Shown: one piece after another, positions 26,854-42,096 of the stretch
How the letters are laid out: each line of letters opens with the position of its first letter
Numbering within the stretch: position 1 is the stretch's first letter
Assembly: GCF_009914755.1 (NCBI RefSeq)
Contig: NC_060934.1
From: the human T2T-CHM13v2.0 reference genome, Homo sapiens
Strand: one strand, 5' to 3'
DNA: 64,000 nt
Notes under the pieces: generated by a model
What the model saw: the letters and a program-made list of their open reading frames with translations, nothing else
Database searches by the model: none
Told to the model about the DNA's origin: nothing
Translations under genes and position numbers: made by a program

Positions 26854-26890
<37 letters not shown>

Positions 26891-27813
26891 CAGGAAGGCA
26901 GTCACAGATCTTGTTTCCTATAAACTCCTGTAGTTCTGAAAAGTGATCCCTGTCCCCAGATCACTCATTCACAGACCATTTGTACCCCAAAGCTTTCCTG
27001 GTTAATAAGGCAAAGGTCTTATTTCTTCATGGAGGTGGTAGGATTTGGGGTAAGAGCTTTAAAACTGGCTCCATTAATTAGCAACTGTGATTCTGGAGTT
27101 AATTAATCCCTTGGAACTGCAGATTCTTGTTATATAAAAACAATGAAATTAGTAGGTTTCTAGTTATCAGGACCTGGAGGAGGATTCAGTGAGATGACCT
27201 TGAGTCATATCTTTCTTGCAGCAAGGACATGAGGTTTCCATCTCATTGCACATGGAGCAGCCCCCAGGCTCTGGGAGCATCAACCAGGGTCAGCAGCAGA
27301 GGCTGAGCAGGGACCAGAAGGGTTCCCTGCAGGCTGGAGCAGTCCTCGCTCCCTGGTGGTCCTTGTGGAAGGCCATCCAGGCAGGCTTTTCCAGGGAGGG
27401 GTGGGCCTGGGCTTGGCTACTCATTCGTCTCCTACAGGGAAGCCAGAGCTCCAGTCCTGGTATTGCTGGGCAGTTGAGTGCCTCTTGGTCTTTACCGGGG
27501 AAAGGTGCAGGCAGTGGTGGGCCCAGAGCAGCAGTACCTCTCATCTCTGTGGACCCTCTGCTTCAGGTGGGTTGTGTCTAATGCAGGTGCTTCAGGCTGG
27601 CTGCACCTAGCTCTTCCACCTGCATGAGCATCTCACCTGCTGAGGCAAGCCTTATGCAATATGGAGGAAGCTGTGGCATGGTGGGCAGTGCCCAAGACCA
27701 TTCTTCTCTCCAAGCCATGGCTGGAGAGAAGCTGCCCATAGCTGTGCTGTGAGAATAGCCATGGGCATTTGGTGGAATTGCCAGCTGGCCCCCAGATAAA
27801 TGTCCTCCTACAG

Positions 27814-28072
27814 TTTTTCTTTTTGTTGCTGTTAAACGGTTTCACTCTGTCTTCCAGGCTGGAGTGCAGTGGCATGATCTCTGCTCACTGCAGCCTCTGC
27901 CTCCCAGGCTCAAGTGATTCTTGTGCCTCAACCTCCCTAGCAGTTGGGATTACAGGCATGCGCCACCCTGCCCAGCTAATTTTTGTATTTTTAGTAGAGA
28001 TGGAGTTTTGCCATGTTGGCCAGGCTGGTCTCAAACTCCTGGGCTCAAGCAGTCAGCCCGCCTTGTCCTCCC
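27814..28072 (-). mobile_element. Alu (AluJ/old S), 5'-truncated
   Basis: CAGGCTGGAGTGCAGTGG...CTCCTGGGCTCAAGCAGTC; ends before the Alu 5' end. Confidence 0.88.
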
Positions 28073-29104
28073 ATCTATTCCTTTTTAAAATGTTGATCTG
28101 CCAGAGATCTGCTTCCTGCTAGACTCATGCAGATGTGTAAAGTGGAGTCCCTTCCACTACACAGCAATCCCAATCTTTCCTATTTAGCACAGTGGAGGTT
28201 ACACAGTCTGAGGGACATGGTCAGAGGAAATTCAAAGGAGCTACATTTGGGACAGGGGGCCTGTTCCATCCTGAACTGGATCTTTTTCACGCAGGTTGGA
28301 ATATCTGTCTCCTGTTGGGAGAAGATGCACTGGGTGGCTATAGTGTACCTGTGGGATTGGTCTCCCCTGAGTCCAGTACACTCTCAGCAAGATTGGCTGA
28401 GGGCCCCTAACACGCAAAAGGCCTGGCAGGTTCTGCAGATCTACCCACATGCTCCACAACCCTGAGCTCCTCCCCCACCTTATCCCACCCCCTCCAGCAC
28501 GTGTGTCCTCTCATCTCGCCCAGAACAGTGAGCCTGACTGCCTTTCCACTAGAGATGGCTGCTGAAAGCGCAGCTATAACCTAATCCCACCCAGTGGCCT
28601 TTTCTCCCTCTTGACCTGTCTTAATTCTAGCCCATGGGGCCACCCAAGAGTATCCTTTCCAGCTCTTGGTCTGAGGCATACCAAGTGGACACCTCCACAT
28701 TTTGGGGGGCATAGGGCCTGCAGCCTGTTGGATAGGTCACATAGATGAAGGGAAAGCAGATATTCCCACATGAGCAGTGTCTTGGTGTCACCAGTCCACC
28801 GGCAGGTTCAGGCTCTGGCAGCTGCAGTTGACTCCCATACTCAGCCAAGCTTCCTGAGCATTCTGCCCTGGGAGGGGCTGCTGTGCGGTCTCCGCCTGAG
28901 TCCAGGATGATCCTCAGAAAGCCTTGAGATTGACACCTGGACTGGCTTCAGTCTATTGAGAAAGGACTCAGTGGAACCAGTTTGGAGCCCGGGCTGGATG
29001 CTGACCCTAAGGGCCTTGGGGTGCCTGTCATGCTCCCCATTTATTATCCCATGTGATTCAACCAATATTGTCCCTTGTGGGAATGTTTTCATTGCATCTT
29101 TGAT

Positions 29105-29200
29105 GATTCAGCAAATATGTACTGAGCATCTACTGTGGACCAGGATGCTCTCAGGCCCTGGGACACAGCAGTAGCATAGCAGTGTGCCTGCTGGTGTGGG
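29105..29200 (-). mobile_element. L2 3' fragment
   Basis: TTCAGCAAATATGTACTGAGCATCTACTGTGGACCAGG...CTGGGACACAGCAGT. Confidence 0.65.
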
Positions 29201-32087
29201 GCTGGCATTCCACACCCCACCCGGGTCAGGTGAGGCTGTTGCAGCTCTCAGCCTCCAACACCAGCTACGCTGTCAGGGCAGAGCTGCTCACGGCAGAGGT
29301 GCAGGTGCATTCCAAGAGGACTGGCTATTTCATTGCCCAATTCGAAAGCAATCCTCAAGTCATGCTTCGCTTTACAGCCATTTAATTTATAATGCAAACC
29401 TAATTTTATTTAAATCTATACCTTTAGACAAATGTCCCTGTCCCCAAGAAAGAAATGGAATGCTTAAGAAGGAAAACTGATATTTTTACCTTAAAACATC
29501 TCTATAAATACCTCTTGATTAACTTGATCTACAGGAATGTCGTTCCTATGTTTGTGTAGATAATATGTTTATCTTTAAAAACCAAGTGAATTATAACTAG
29601 TGCTCCCGTTTGCCAAAACAAATAGACTGCAAAATTGAACAGTGGTTGATTGTTTGTAAATGAATACACTATTGGAGAGAACCCATCCATCTCTCGCTTC
29701 CCTGAAACTCACTGATAAACTATAAATCCATTAGGAGGTTCTCTCTTCTGCAATTTAGAACCAAGGAGTAAACATATTCATATAGGGTCCCCGATGTTTG
29801 GGGATAATAGTTCTTGGGGACATGATTCATATGTAGTTTATCATCGGAGGACAGCCATCTTCAAGCTCCATTTTAATTTCCTTATGATCTTTGTAATATT
29901 TATTGTACAAACAAACAGGAACCCGTGCATATTTATGGGAAATAGTGAGGCTCTTAATATGAGCAGGTGCATAAATCCATGCACTCTGAAAAGAGGGAGA
30001 CAGGTGAAGTCCAGATAGGCAGCGATCTTAGACATAATTTTCAATTAAAATGGAGTTGAGTGGAGCAGCATTGCAGTCATTCCTCATTTTTATTTCAGCT
30101 CCTGAGGCAGGTGGGAGAGTTAAGCTCCAATTCACGGTCTCATCAGGCTGTTTTCTAAAGGACCCACAGGCAAGTCCATTTGGGGAATTTAACAGAAGTG
30201 TCTTTTCCAGATCCTGTTATTTTCAGTAACTGTTTAGCACAGAAGATGGCATCATTCTGAAGCCCCCTCCTGGTGAGGGTTTCTTGCGTGCCACCACGGC
30301 CACGTTACACCACGCCAGCCAGGAAAGGGTGTGCTCCTGAGAGCAGACAGGACGCTGCAGAATGGTGCAGAGTGAACGTTTCCCTCTGAAACAATGCATG
30401 AAATGAAAACGGCTGGCACCCGCGATTGTTTCAGTGATTCATTGCTCTCCATAATGACAAGAGCAAAATCGAGTCAAAATTATTTTATCTTTTCAAAATT
30501 TTTCATCTGCAGTAATGCCCAGTTATAAAAGCACCATAACGAGGAGGTTTAACTTGATGAGTCTGAGGGCGTGCTCTGAGCACCAAGGGGCAGACTCCAC
30601 GGGCGCCTCCGTGGGGCGGCTGGGGCCTGGCCATCAGGATGGGCACCGCAGGGACAGGGCTTGCCAGCTAAAGCTCAGATCCCAGTGCCATCCCTCGGTA
30701 CCATGTGGCTGTGGAATAAGGAGATTTGTTCTGCTGAGACCCATGTTCTCAACTGTAAAACGCAAGTAATTCCGCCTCCTTTCAGGGATTCCTGAGGATG
30801 ACATGGCAAACAAAGTTAGCAAAGGTGCCTGCAGATTTAGTGGCCAGTTCTCCCTCACGAGCACCTGCCCTGCTGATCTCTGAGCCTACAGAGGGTCCCT
30901 CAGGGCGGCTTGTTGCCTGCGTCGCTCCTGGTACAGGTGGAGTTGTCTGCTGCCTGCTGTGTTGGCCCAGAGCAGGTGCAATGAAGGCGCGCGCTGAGGG
31001 CTCAGGGGTCCCAGAGGCATATGAGGGATGGCTTGTGCCAGCAGAGTTCACACGGCCTGGGGAGCAGGGCCTGGCATGAATGCCAGTGTAGCCCCGGCAC
31101 ACGTGGCCTAGAGTTAGGCCAAGGAATGCGACGCTTCTGTCCTTCCCCTCCAGCCATCCTTCCCCTACAGTTCAGCAGTTATGAGGCTTCGAGCCTCTAG
31201 AGGGGGAGATCCTGAATATCCCATGCAGGGCCCACCTCATGGCAGTAGCTCAGGTCTGGCATCCAGTAGATACTTAATCAAGATCCTCCGAGTGTGTAAG
31301 TGCAGTTGGTGGCAAAACTCTCAGAGCCCCCGCAATGGGGCATGGCCCTCCCCACAGAGTGAGCTGATGCCTCAGTGACCAGGCCCAGGCCCAGGGATAG
31401 AGAAGAGGCCGTGGCCCCAAGTGAACAAAGCAGAGTGGATGACGGTGGGCTCGTGGCTCGGGCAGCCTCTTTGAAGGCACTGTTCAGCTATTGGCAGCTG
31501 TGCTTTTCTGAGGGTGGAGGTTAGTATTTCAGTTCCCGGGGGTGCTCCTGGAGGGAAGCTTTGGGGGAAGAACAGGCTCCCCCAGGAGGGTGGGCCAGCT
31601 CTGGGTTGACTGGTCCAACTCAGAGGGCTCAAGCACTGCCTCGCTGAGCTCTGTGAAGCTCTGGCAGGTGGGACAGTCACAGAAATAATTCCCGCCCAGG
31701 GCTTTTAATCAGGCAGGAGAGAGGAGATGGGCTCCCTGTGGCTGCTCAGCATCCTGTCCTGGGTTAAGTGTCTGCCTCACACCAAGCAGCGTTTGGCAGG
31801 CACTTCACAAGGATGGCAGTGTCGGCTCCCACACGGGTTCTGGGAAATACATGTCACTCCCACTGTGCAGAGGAGGACGCTCACGTGTGACACTGATGAT
31901 AAGGGCTACGGTAATTCTATGAACCCTAAGGGTTATCTGAGGTCACACAGTAGGGAAAAGAGGAAAAAACGCATCTGTGCTAACTGGGGTGCCTGAGTCG
32001 TTCACAGAACCAGAAAGACAGGCTGGGGCAACAGGGCCCATTTCTACAAATGAAAGAGATTTTATGTGATAGTAACTTGCACACTAA

Positions 32088-33200
<1,113 letters not shown>

Positions 33201-33683
33201 GCCTCTTTATCTTACCACCTTGCTAGGTGCCCAGCATATTTCTCTTGAGGACAGCACACTGTTGAAATGTCCTTGCACAGGAGTGGTGCAAAGTGGGGGA
33301 CATTGGCCTAAGTTACCTTCACCACCAACCTGCCTCTGAGCATCTCTGGGGAGCTGCAGACATTAGCCCAGCTGGTGGCTCTGACTCTCTACAAGGATTC
33401 AAGGAGGAGCAGCTCACCAACCCTTCCCCTGGTCCCATGCCTCCAAGATGCACCATGAGACCTGGCTCCTGGGACTGAGGCCCCACCATAGGCACAGTCC
33501 TGAAGGCTGTGCTCAGGGACCAAAGTGGGGAGCCAGCTGCAGGGTGCCATCTGTTAGAAGAAACTGCAGTGGACAGAGCTGGTGGCTTTTCTGCAGTGCA
33601 AGACTGGAGCTGAGAACAAAGGGCAATGCCTTACCCAACTCTATAACAGCTGCAATGAGATGGGGTGCATTCATGTTATGTTA

Positions 33684-34368
<685 letters not shown>

Positions 34369-35118
34369 GGAAAATAAACACTGTTGAATAAATGAAAGAA
34401 AGTGGTACTTTTAGTAAACAGCATGCCTAATTCAAAACCCAGTTAATTCTAAAAGAATGAAGGAAGGGCAAATACTGTACATGCTAAAATGTACTCACAC
34501 CATAACCATATTTAAAACAACAGCATTTATCTATTTAGAAAACACATTGCTACATCCAGAGGTAATTAATTTAGTAATTAGGAACAGAAATTGCAAGCTC
34601 CAAGCAATCAAGGTCGTCTGTGCCTTAAGAGAAAATTTTGTCTTCTTATAGAAACATGTCAAGAAAAAATGGAAAGCTATGAGGGCAATTTCCTTTATAG
34701 TTCTAACTAGAAAATATCCTTAAACTCTTGCAATCATATATACACCCGTTAGTGCAATGCTCTTTCTGTATGACCGGTTTATCTTGGCTTTCTCTGATAG
34801 GAAAAAGAAAAATTGGTTACAAAGGAATTTGTGTTGATTTGTCTTTTTGAAACTACTGACTGTCATCCTTGCTGCACTTAACCTAATGCATCCCTGTGGG
34901 GAAGGAAAGAAACTCATAAAGGGAAGGACAGGTGAGGGTGATGACCGGAAAGAGAGTGGCCATCCATTTAAGATGGAAGAGCCTGTCAACACTTCCCAGG
35001 AGGTTGCCCGTGTCACCACACCGTGTACCTGGATTTATACACTTGTTGTGAGCAGGCCTGGCAGACACACTCTCAGAGTGTGAGACTGAACTCATGTGTC
35101 TGATGGGCTCCTGGGTGA

Positions 35119-35517
<399 letters not shown>

Positions 35518-36319
35518 TAAAGCACCACTGAAAATACAATTGAGAGGCACAGGGAAATGTGTGAGGGAGCTCCCATCGAGCCTTAACCTGCCAGGCCCAA
35601 TGGGGTGATGGGCAGATTTGCTTCCATGTCAAGGATGCTGCAGATATGTGAAATACTAAGAAGGATGGACAGGAGAGCATCGATCTCCTGCATGCTCCGG
35701 GGCCCCCTGAATATTATCATGCTATTTGACAATGGCTTTCGATGAAATAAAGTATACAATGCTCTACCAGCTGGATTAAAATATTGAGCTGCCATTGCTC
35801 TCTGCAAGGCATTATTTGATTAGCATGATAAAGTACAGTACAACTTTTACAACTGCCAACATGCATATTCCTGGGGAAATAATTACACAGTACCCGAGGA
35901 TGTGGCTTAGTGCTTAACACAACTATTTTTCCAAGTCATGATGAAGAGTGTGACACCAATTTACCACTTTCCCCTCTCATAATGTCAAACAGCATTAAAA
36001 AGGAAGTTTAAAAGGCACTTTCACACACAAATTTTAAAAAGAGAAAGTGCCACTTTCTATATGAAAATATAGTTGCTTTGTTTTGATCGGCATGAGAGTA
36101 TAAGAACGAGTGCTCTGCTTGAAACCATGCGGAGAAAAATTGAAATGATTTTCCCATGGTATGTTTTATTTCATTCCATTTTTTGGTGGCTGAACCGTTT
36201 AACTGTCCTCTATTTTCCGTGCTTCAGGGAGAAAGAGAAAATCAAAGTTATGCTTGACTACTTGATGCCATGTTTCTTGTTCTCAAGTAAAATCTACAAA
36301 AACCAGCTCGGTTTTGGTG

Positions 36320-36485
36320 TCAGGAAAACTAGGGCTCCCACACTGGCTTTGGTGCTGCCTCGCTCTGTGGCTATGGACAAACCACACATCTTTCTGGGGT
36401 TCAGTTTTCTCACTTTTAAAGTTGGAATAGTAAGGTGTGACCTTGTAGTGTTGTTGTGAGAGTTAAGAGGTGAGCCTTGCAAAAA
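36320..36485 (+). mobile_element. MIR fragment
   Basis: CTGTGGCTATGGACAAACCAC...TCAGTTTTCTCACTTTTAAAGTTGGAATAGTAA...GTTGTTGTGAGAGTTAA. Confidence 0.6.
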
Positions 36486-36659
36486 TGATCAAGAGGATAA
36501 AGTCAAGGGAATTAGAGACACCAACCTTGCAATGGAAGATTGTGGAGCTGAAGAAGATGCTCTAGAACCTCCTACCTACAAACTCCATGTGAAATACATT
36601 ACATATCTTTATAGTTTACCATTGTTATGTGAGCTTTCTATGACATATGGCTGAAGGCA

Positions 36660-36890
36660 TCATGATGGATTGAATATATACATGACCAAGAATTATTTCT
36701 TTCCTGTATCCATATTGGTTCCCTCAACCTGTAATTTTTAGTGCCCACTCACTCTGACTTTGAGATTGGCCATGTGATTTGCTTTGACTAATGGGATATA
36801 AGCAAATATTCAAGGAGAAGTTTGAAAAGCTCCACGGGTCAGGGTTTGTCTCTCTTGATGCTCTTAAAACCTGACATCACCATGTGAACA
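36660..36890 (+). mobile_element. Old MLT1 (H/I-like) LTR fragment
   Basis: GACTTTGAGATTGGCCATGTGATTTGCTTTGACTAATGGGATATAAGCAAAT. Confidence 0.6.
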
Positions 36891-37329
36891 GCACATACAC
36901 ATATGTACACACAAATACATGGGGATATTTTCTTCCAGTATTCAAAGCTGTAATTTAAGTGAGCAAAGAATTCACTTGTCACTTATGAACATTTGAAATT
37001 CTGACAGAAATATTTGCTGTTTCCTTTTCATGTTACTTGTTAACATAAATAAAATTATCAACCCATAGTCATGTCAGAACTACACTCATTGATACTTGCA
37101 ATCATAGGTCACCTACAGATACAAGATGTTAGAAAAAAAATTCCCTGAGATATATTTAGCTATACAGAATTTACAATACATGTGTTTCGCATTTTATTAA
37201 TATTTGTAGATTATATGCTACATACCTGTTATATCAATAAAATTTATAAAGAACAACAACAACAAAATGATGCTTCAAAGAAGTGCCCAAGATAGGCGCT
37301 ATCGCTTTCCACTTATTCCCCCATGTCCC

Positions 37330-39520
37330 CATTGAGTACCCACTGTCTTGGGCACTGTTCTAGGTGCTGGGGATGCCGTGTCCAACACAATAGCAAGGAA
37401 GCTGCTTTCGTGGAAGTGGTGTTCTCATGAAGATGGGAAAAACACATAAGACATTTCTGATGACAATCAAAGCTCTATGGAAAAGAGGCTGGGCACGGTG
37501 GCTCATGCCTGTAATCCCAACAATTTGGGAGGCTGAGGTGAGTGGATCACCTGAGGTCAGGAGTTCTAGACCAGCCTGGCCAACATGGTGAAAACCCGTC
37601 TCTACTGAAAATACAAAAATTAGCTGGGTGTGGTGACGCATGCCTATAATTCCAGCTACTCGGGAGGCTGAGGCAGGAGAATCACTTGAACCCAGGAGGC
37701 GGAGGTTGCACCACTGCACTCCAGCCTGGGTGACAGAGTGAGACCCTGTCTCAAACAACAACAACAACCCCCAAAACAAAGCTCTATATGGAAAAGGAAG
37801 AGAAGAACGTGATGGACAGTGATGGGCAGTGGTACCCATGGTGGTGACAGTGAGGCCTTATGAATTGGGGACAGTTGAGGCAAGCCTGGACGGCAAGGAG
37901 GGAAAAGGCATAGGGCGCTTTGGTGGAGAGCATTCTAAATGGGGAAACTCACAGATGCCAAGCAGCTGGGGTGGAAACAGGTTAGACTTGTTTCAGGGAA
38001 GGAGGGAAGGCTGACAGTGGCTAGAGCATCCTGTCTGCTGGTGGCATGTTTGGGATGAAGTTGCAGAAGCAGGCGGACGGAGGCCATGTTATGAGACCCC
38101 ATAGGCATGAAGGGGAATGTGGCTCATTCCAGCATGGCGGGAAGGCACGAGGTGTTTAAACCAGACATTTATGCTCAGATTGTACTCTCCATCAAATCAC
38201 TCAAGTTGTCATGTAGAGAGGGGCCATGAGAGGGCAGGTCAAGAGACCAGACAGCAGGGCAGTTTGGTCTTGGATGGTGAGGTCCAGTGAAGAAAGACTC
38301 AGGAATTACTGTGGAGCGAGTAGAGCCCATGTGAGCAGCTGAGGGCTCAGATGTGGAGCTGGTGGTAAGGAGGGGATCAAAGGCAGCCACTTGGATTGGG
38401 GTTGAAGCATCTGGGTGGGTGGGTACCACTTCCTGAGACCGGGGTTCACCTCTTGTTATGATTTTCATTTTCTTCTCCCCCATCAGGATGAACATAACAT
38501 CAGCCAATGCCAAGAACCAAAACCTTCTTGGATTAGATTCAAAATAAACTACAGGCAACGCAGCTTTTTTTCTTTTTTCTTTTTTTTTTTTAATTTTGGA
38601 GTTGTGCTGTTAAAGGAAGGAGGGAGAAGGTGGAGCAGTAGCTGCAGAAAAAAGAGGGATGGAGAGATGTTTTACTCTTAGTTTTCAAGGGGAGAAGCCA
38701 CAGCATGTTTATGTGCAGATTGGAGGGATCCAGCGGTGAGAGGTTTGATGATGCTGGGGAGAGAGGGGAGAATTGCTATAGCAATGTCCTTGAGCAGGAG
38801 AGAGGCTGGGCCCACAGGCACCAGGGGAGGGGTTGGGATGTGACGCTGGAGAGAAGTAAAGTACATGGACACAGATCCAGATGGGCAGGCAGAGGTGGGA
38901 GGCACAGAAAATTGTGTTCTGATTCTTTCTATTTTCTTGGTGAAACAGGAAGCAAGGTCAGCAGGTGTACCATGGCAAGGAGAGCAGGTGTACCATGGCA
39001 AAGGGGCTGTTGCAAGTTTCAGGAGGTAGGAGGAGTTTTGAAGGAGGCATTAGAGGGTGGGAGAATAATATACCAAACATAAAATATTGAAGATTTCTGG
39101 GCAGCGTCAGAATGGCCTTGATGGCAGCAAACTTGGATTTGCAGAGCCAGTTGGGAAGGCTGTGTTCCATCAGTCACATTCAGTCACATAGGCAGTCGAC
39201 AATGAACCTGGCAGAGAGCTGGATCTAACCTGGGTTGAAATTTAGCCAAATATAGTACAACAAAGAAAGGGAGGGACAGAGGATCTGGGAGCATGCACAG
39301 GAGTGATTGTGAAAATTAACCAGGGAGTTAAGTTTAGTTTGAGGGAGGGAGAAAGCATGGACATGGGGGGTGACAACTGAGGACGTCGTGATGAAATCAG
39401 TAGCCTGAAGGCTGGTGGGGTGGAGGCGTGTTGGGATTGGGGTGATGGAAGGTGGGAGCTAGAGGCTTTGGCCAGAGAGGAGATGCTGGAACCTGAGTGT
39501 ATGGAGGGGCTGTGGCGATC
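37330..39520 (-). mobile_element. Degenerate L2 fragments (Alu-interrupted)
   Basis: ATTGAGTACCCACTG..GGGCACTGTTCTAGGTGCTGGGGAT, followed by purine-rich L2-type blocks; boundaries approximate. Confidence 0.55.
37487..37777 (+). mobile_element. AluSx-like with a 16-bp right-arm deletion
   Basis: GGCTGGGCACGGTGGCTCATG...; (CAA)n tail; imperfect TSD AAAGCTCTA(TA)TGGAAAAG at 37469 and 37778. Confidence 0.94.
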
Positions 39521-39523
39521 AGT

Positions 39524-39685
39524 AATGATGGGCTTTAGGAGTGACCAAAGGATGATGGGCTTTAGGAGCGACCAAAGGATGATGGGCTTTAGGAGCGACC
39601 AAAGGATGATGGGCTTTAGGAGCGACCAAAGGATGATGGGCTTTAGGAGCGACCAAAGGATGATGGGCTTTAGGAGCGACCAAAG
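39524..39685. repeat. Minisatellite, 6 x 27 bp
   Basis: GATGATGGGCTTTAGGAGCGACCAAAG; copies 2-6 identical. Confidence 0.97.
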
Positions 39686-41384
39686 GAGGGCAAAGGCTGG
39701 CAGGAAGGAAGACAGGATCGCTGGAGGAGAGGAGGCTCATGCAGGAAAGAAAGACAGAGGTCGGAATCCAGCTGGGGCCCTGGGAAGATGCAATGTCAGT
39801 CCAGGCTGGGAGGGCTATTACAGAACATGCAGCCCCCGCCATGGGGAAACACCCCTGCATTGAAGAAGGAAGCCTAGCATGGTTCTGGGATTTGCTACTA
39901 AAATAGTGCATTTTTCCCCACCCAGCCCCACCCCATCCATTGAGCAGTCCTGGGGAGTTTGTCCTAGCCCTGCCACATGCTTGCACATCCTTCTAGACCT
40001 TTCTCCTGAGCCCATGTGTGAAGGCAGCCCTCCCAGTCTTCCTCCTGTGCATGGAGTTGCTGCCATGCCACGTGTTCCTGGGAAGTTTAGGACACACAAG
40101 TCTCCTGGGGTGTCTGAGGACACACTCCCTGGTCATTGCCCTGCAACAGCTTCTGTCCACCCACAGCCCCTTGTTCTTCTTGGCCAATCAGCCCTCCCAT
40201 GGCCTTTAATCTCTCATGGCACAACCCAGCACATTAGGGCTTAGCTTATTTCCTAATCACAGCACATGCCAATGCATTCTCAAATAACGCTGTGCAGCAA
40301 ATGTCTATTATCCTGGAAACACAGGCCACTGTCCAAAATTCTGCAACCCTTTTAATTCCCTAACAAATTTCAGAGGTGAGGAGTCTGAAGCTTAGAGGGA
40401 TCTCTGCTGGCTTAACCAGGACCACATGGTGACTTGATGCCTGATATTTTTTCAGATTTGAACCCTGAACCTTGTATCCTCCTTGGCTGGTGGGAAATGG
40501 AACATCCCATGACTTAAATAACCAGTGTAAATCCTGATGTCCCCAAAGCGTTTCTCCACGGCTTTCTTACGATGACTCAGGAGGTCTCTGAGTGGCATCC
40601 TGCCTCTCAGTATTTCACAGTTAAAGGGAAAAAAGACAAGGGTATAATTTTTGCTAATGGATTATTATATTCCATTTACATATATTTTTCTAATTATTTT
40701 ATTCATAAAAAATTATTGCTCCAACTAAATGGCATGAGATTTCTTTCTAAGGGAGGCTTGAGCAATTTGCCAAGCCATCTGGACAATTGATTTAATTAGC
40801 AGCACCGCTCTCATGCTGATGAGGCTGGGGGAGATGAGAGCTCTTCCCCAGTGCTTGGAGCTGCCTCTGTGTTTCAGCTCTGCTTGTGCAATGAGGGTTT
40901 CTAGTGGAGAGGGAGGGCCTCCTTGGAGGAGTCAAATCTGTTATGCAACTTAGGCCTTCGATTCATGGTTCTTGGTTGCAGTGAGCAGTTATGAGAGGAA
41001 GAGGACATGGGGGGCTGTGGATGTGCATTCCCTTCGAGGACGATGGTCTCAAGAAACTTGAGGGTCTGTTATACCCTCGGGAGGTGCCACTGCCAAGGAG
41101 AAGGCCCCAGTTTTCAAGCTGTGCAGACCTAGCCTAGGTTTAAAACCTAATGGATAGGACATGGAAGCAGAATCATGATGCTTTGTGCAAGCACAGCATC
41201 ACATGGGGGGACAGAGATCAGCCTCCAAAAGACACATTCCCAACCTCATAGGGAAAGACATTTCAGGACCACAGACAGCGACCAAGCATGTTGCCTCTTC
41301 TTCCCAAACGACAGGGAAAATACATTGTTAAAGCAGTCGATGTGTAATAGGTACCACCAAAGTTTACTAATTAATTAACTTATT

Positions 41385-41536
41385 TCATAGACAGGATCTC
41401 GCTCTGTTGCCCAGGCTGGATCTTAGTGGCAGGATCTTGGCTCACTACAGGCTTGACTTCCTGGGCTCAAGCGATCCTCCCGCCTCAGCTTCCTGAGTAG
41501 CTGAGACCACAGGCACATGCCACTATGCCCGGCTAA
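41385..41536 (-). mobile_element. Alu monomer (FRAM or AluJ right arm)
   Basis: AGACAGGATCTCGCTCTGTTGCCCAGGCTGG...GGGCTCAAGCGATCCTCCCGCCTCAGC...GCCCGGCTAA. Confidence 0.85.
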
Positions 41537-41606
41537 CAGAAGTTTCAATGAAAAATAATGCAAAGGCAGGCAGACATGGAAGGAAGAGCTGTTTTAAGTA
41601 GGATGC

Positions 41607-42081
41607 TGTATCAATCAAGACCCCAGCAGGACACAGAGGGCAACCTCACAGAGTTTAACTACAGAGAGCTAGCAGGAGGATCATTTATAGAGCTGCATGA
41701 GGAGTTAAAGGAGCCCAGAAGCAGTGGTGGAGCCGTCAGGAGTGGAAACAGCATCGAGCCATGAACGTCTTTAAACCTGAGGAGGCAAAAGAAAAGAGCA
41801 GTGTTCCCAGAACTGGTAAGAGCTGTGAGTATGGAAAAAGGGGCTGCCTACTGGGGCTGCAGTCATAGGTAGAGAGATGCATTTATTGCCAGAGTCAAAG
41901 AGAGGTAGCAAGGGGCCAAGGGGTAAGGCCCTGACCCCCTCTTCTCCCTCCTCCCTCCTTGTCTCATGCTGCTGCCTTCCATTGAGCCCAACCAGAAGCC
42001 AGAGGCACGAGAGCTTTGGTTATGGGGTCTGTGCCTTCCGAGAAGGGTATATGGAGGGGCAAATGGAAAATAAACATCACG
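41607..42081 (-). mobile_element. LTR33-like ERVL LTR
   Basis: TGTATCAATCAAGACCCCAGCAGGACACAGA...TGGAGGGGCAAATGGAAAATAA resemble both LTR33 termini. Confidence 0.6.
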
Positions 42082-42096
42082 GAGGGTCAAGGATGG

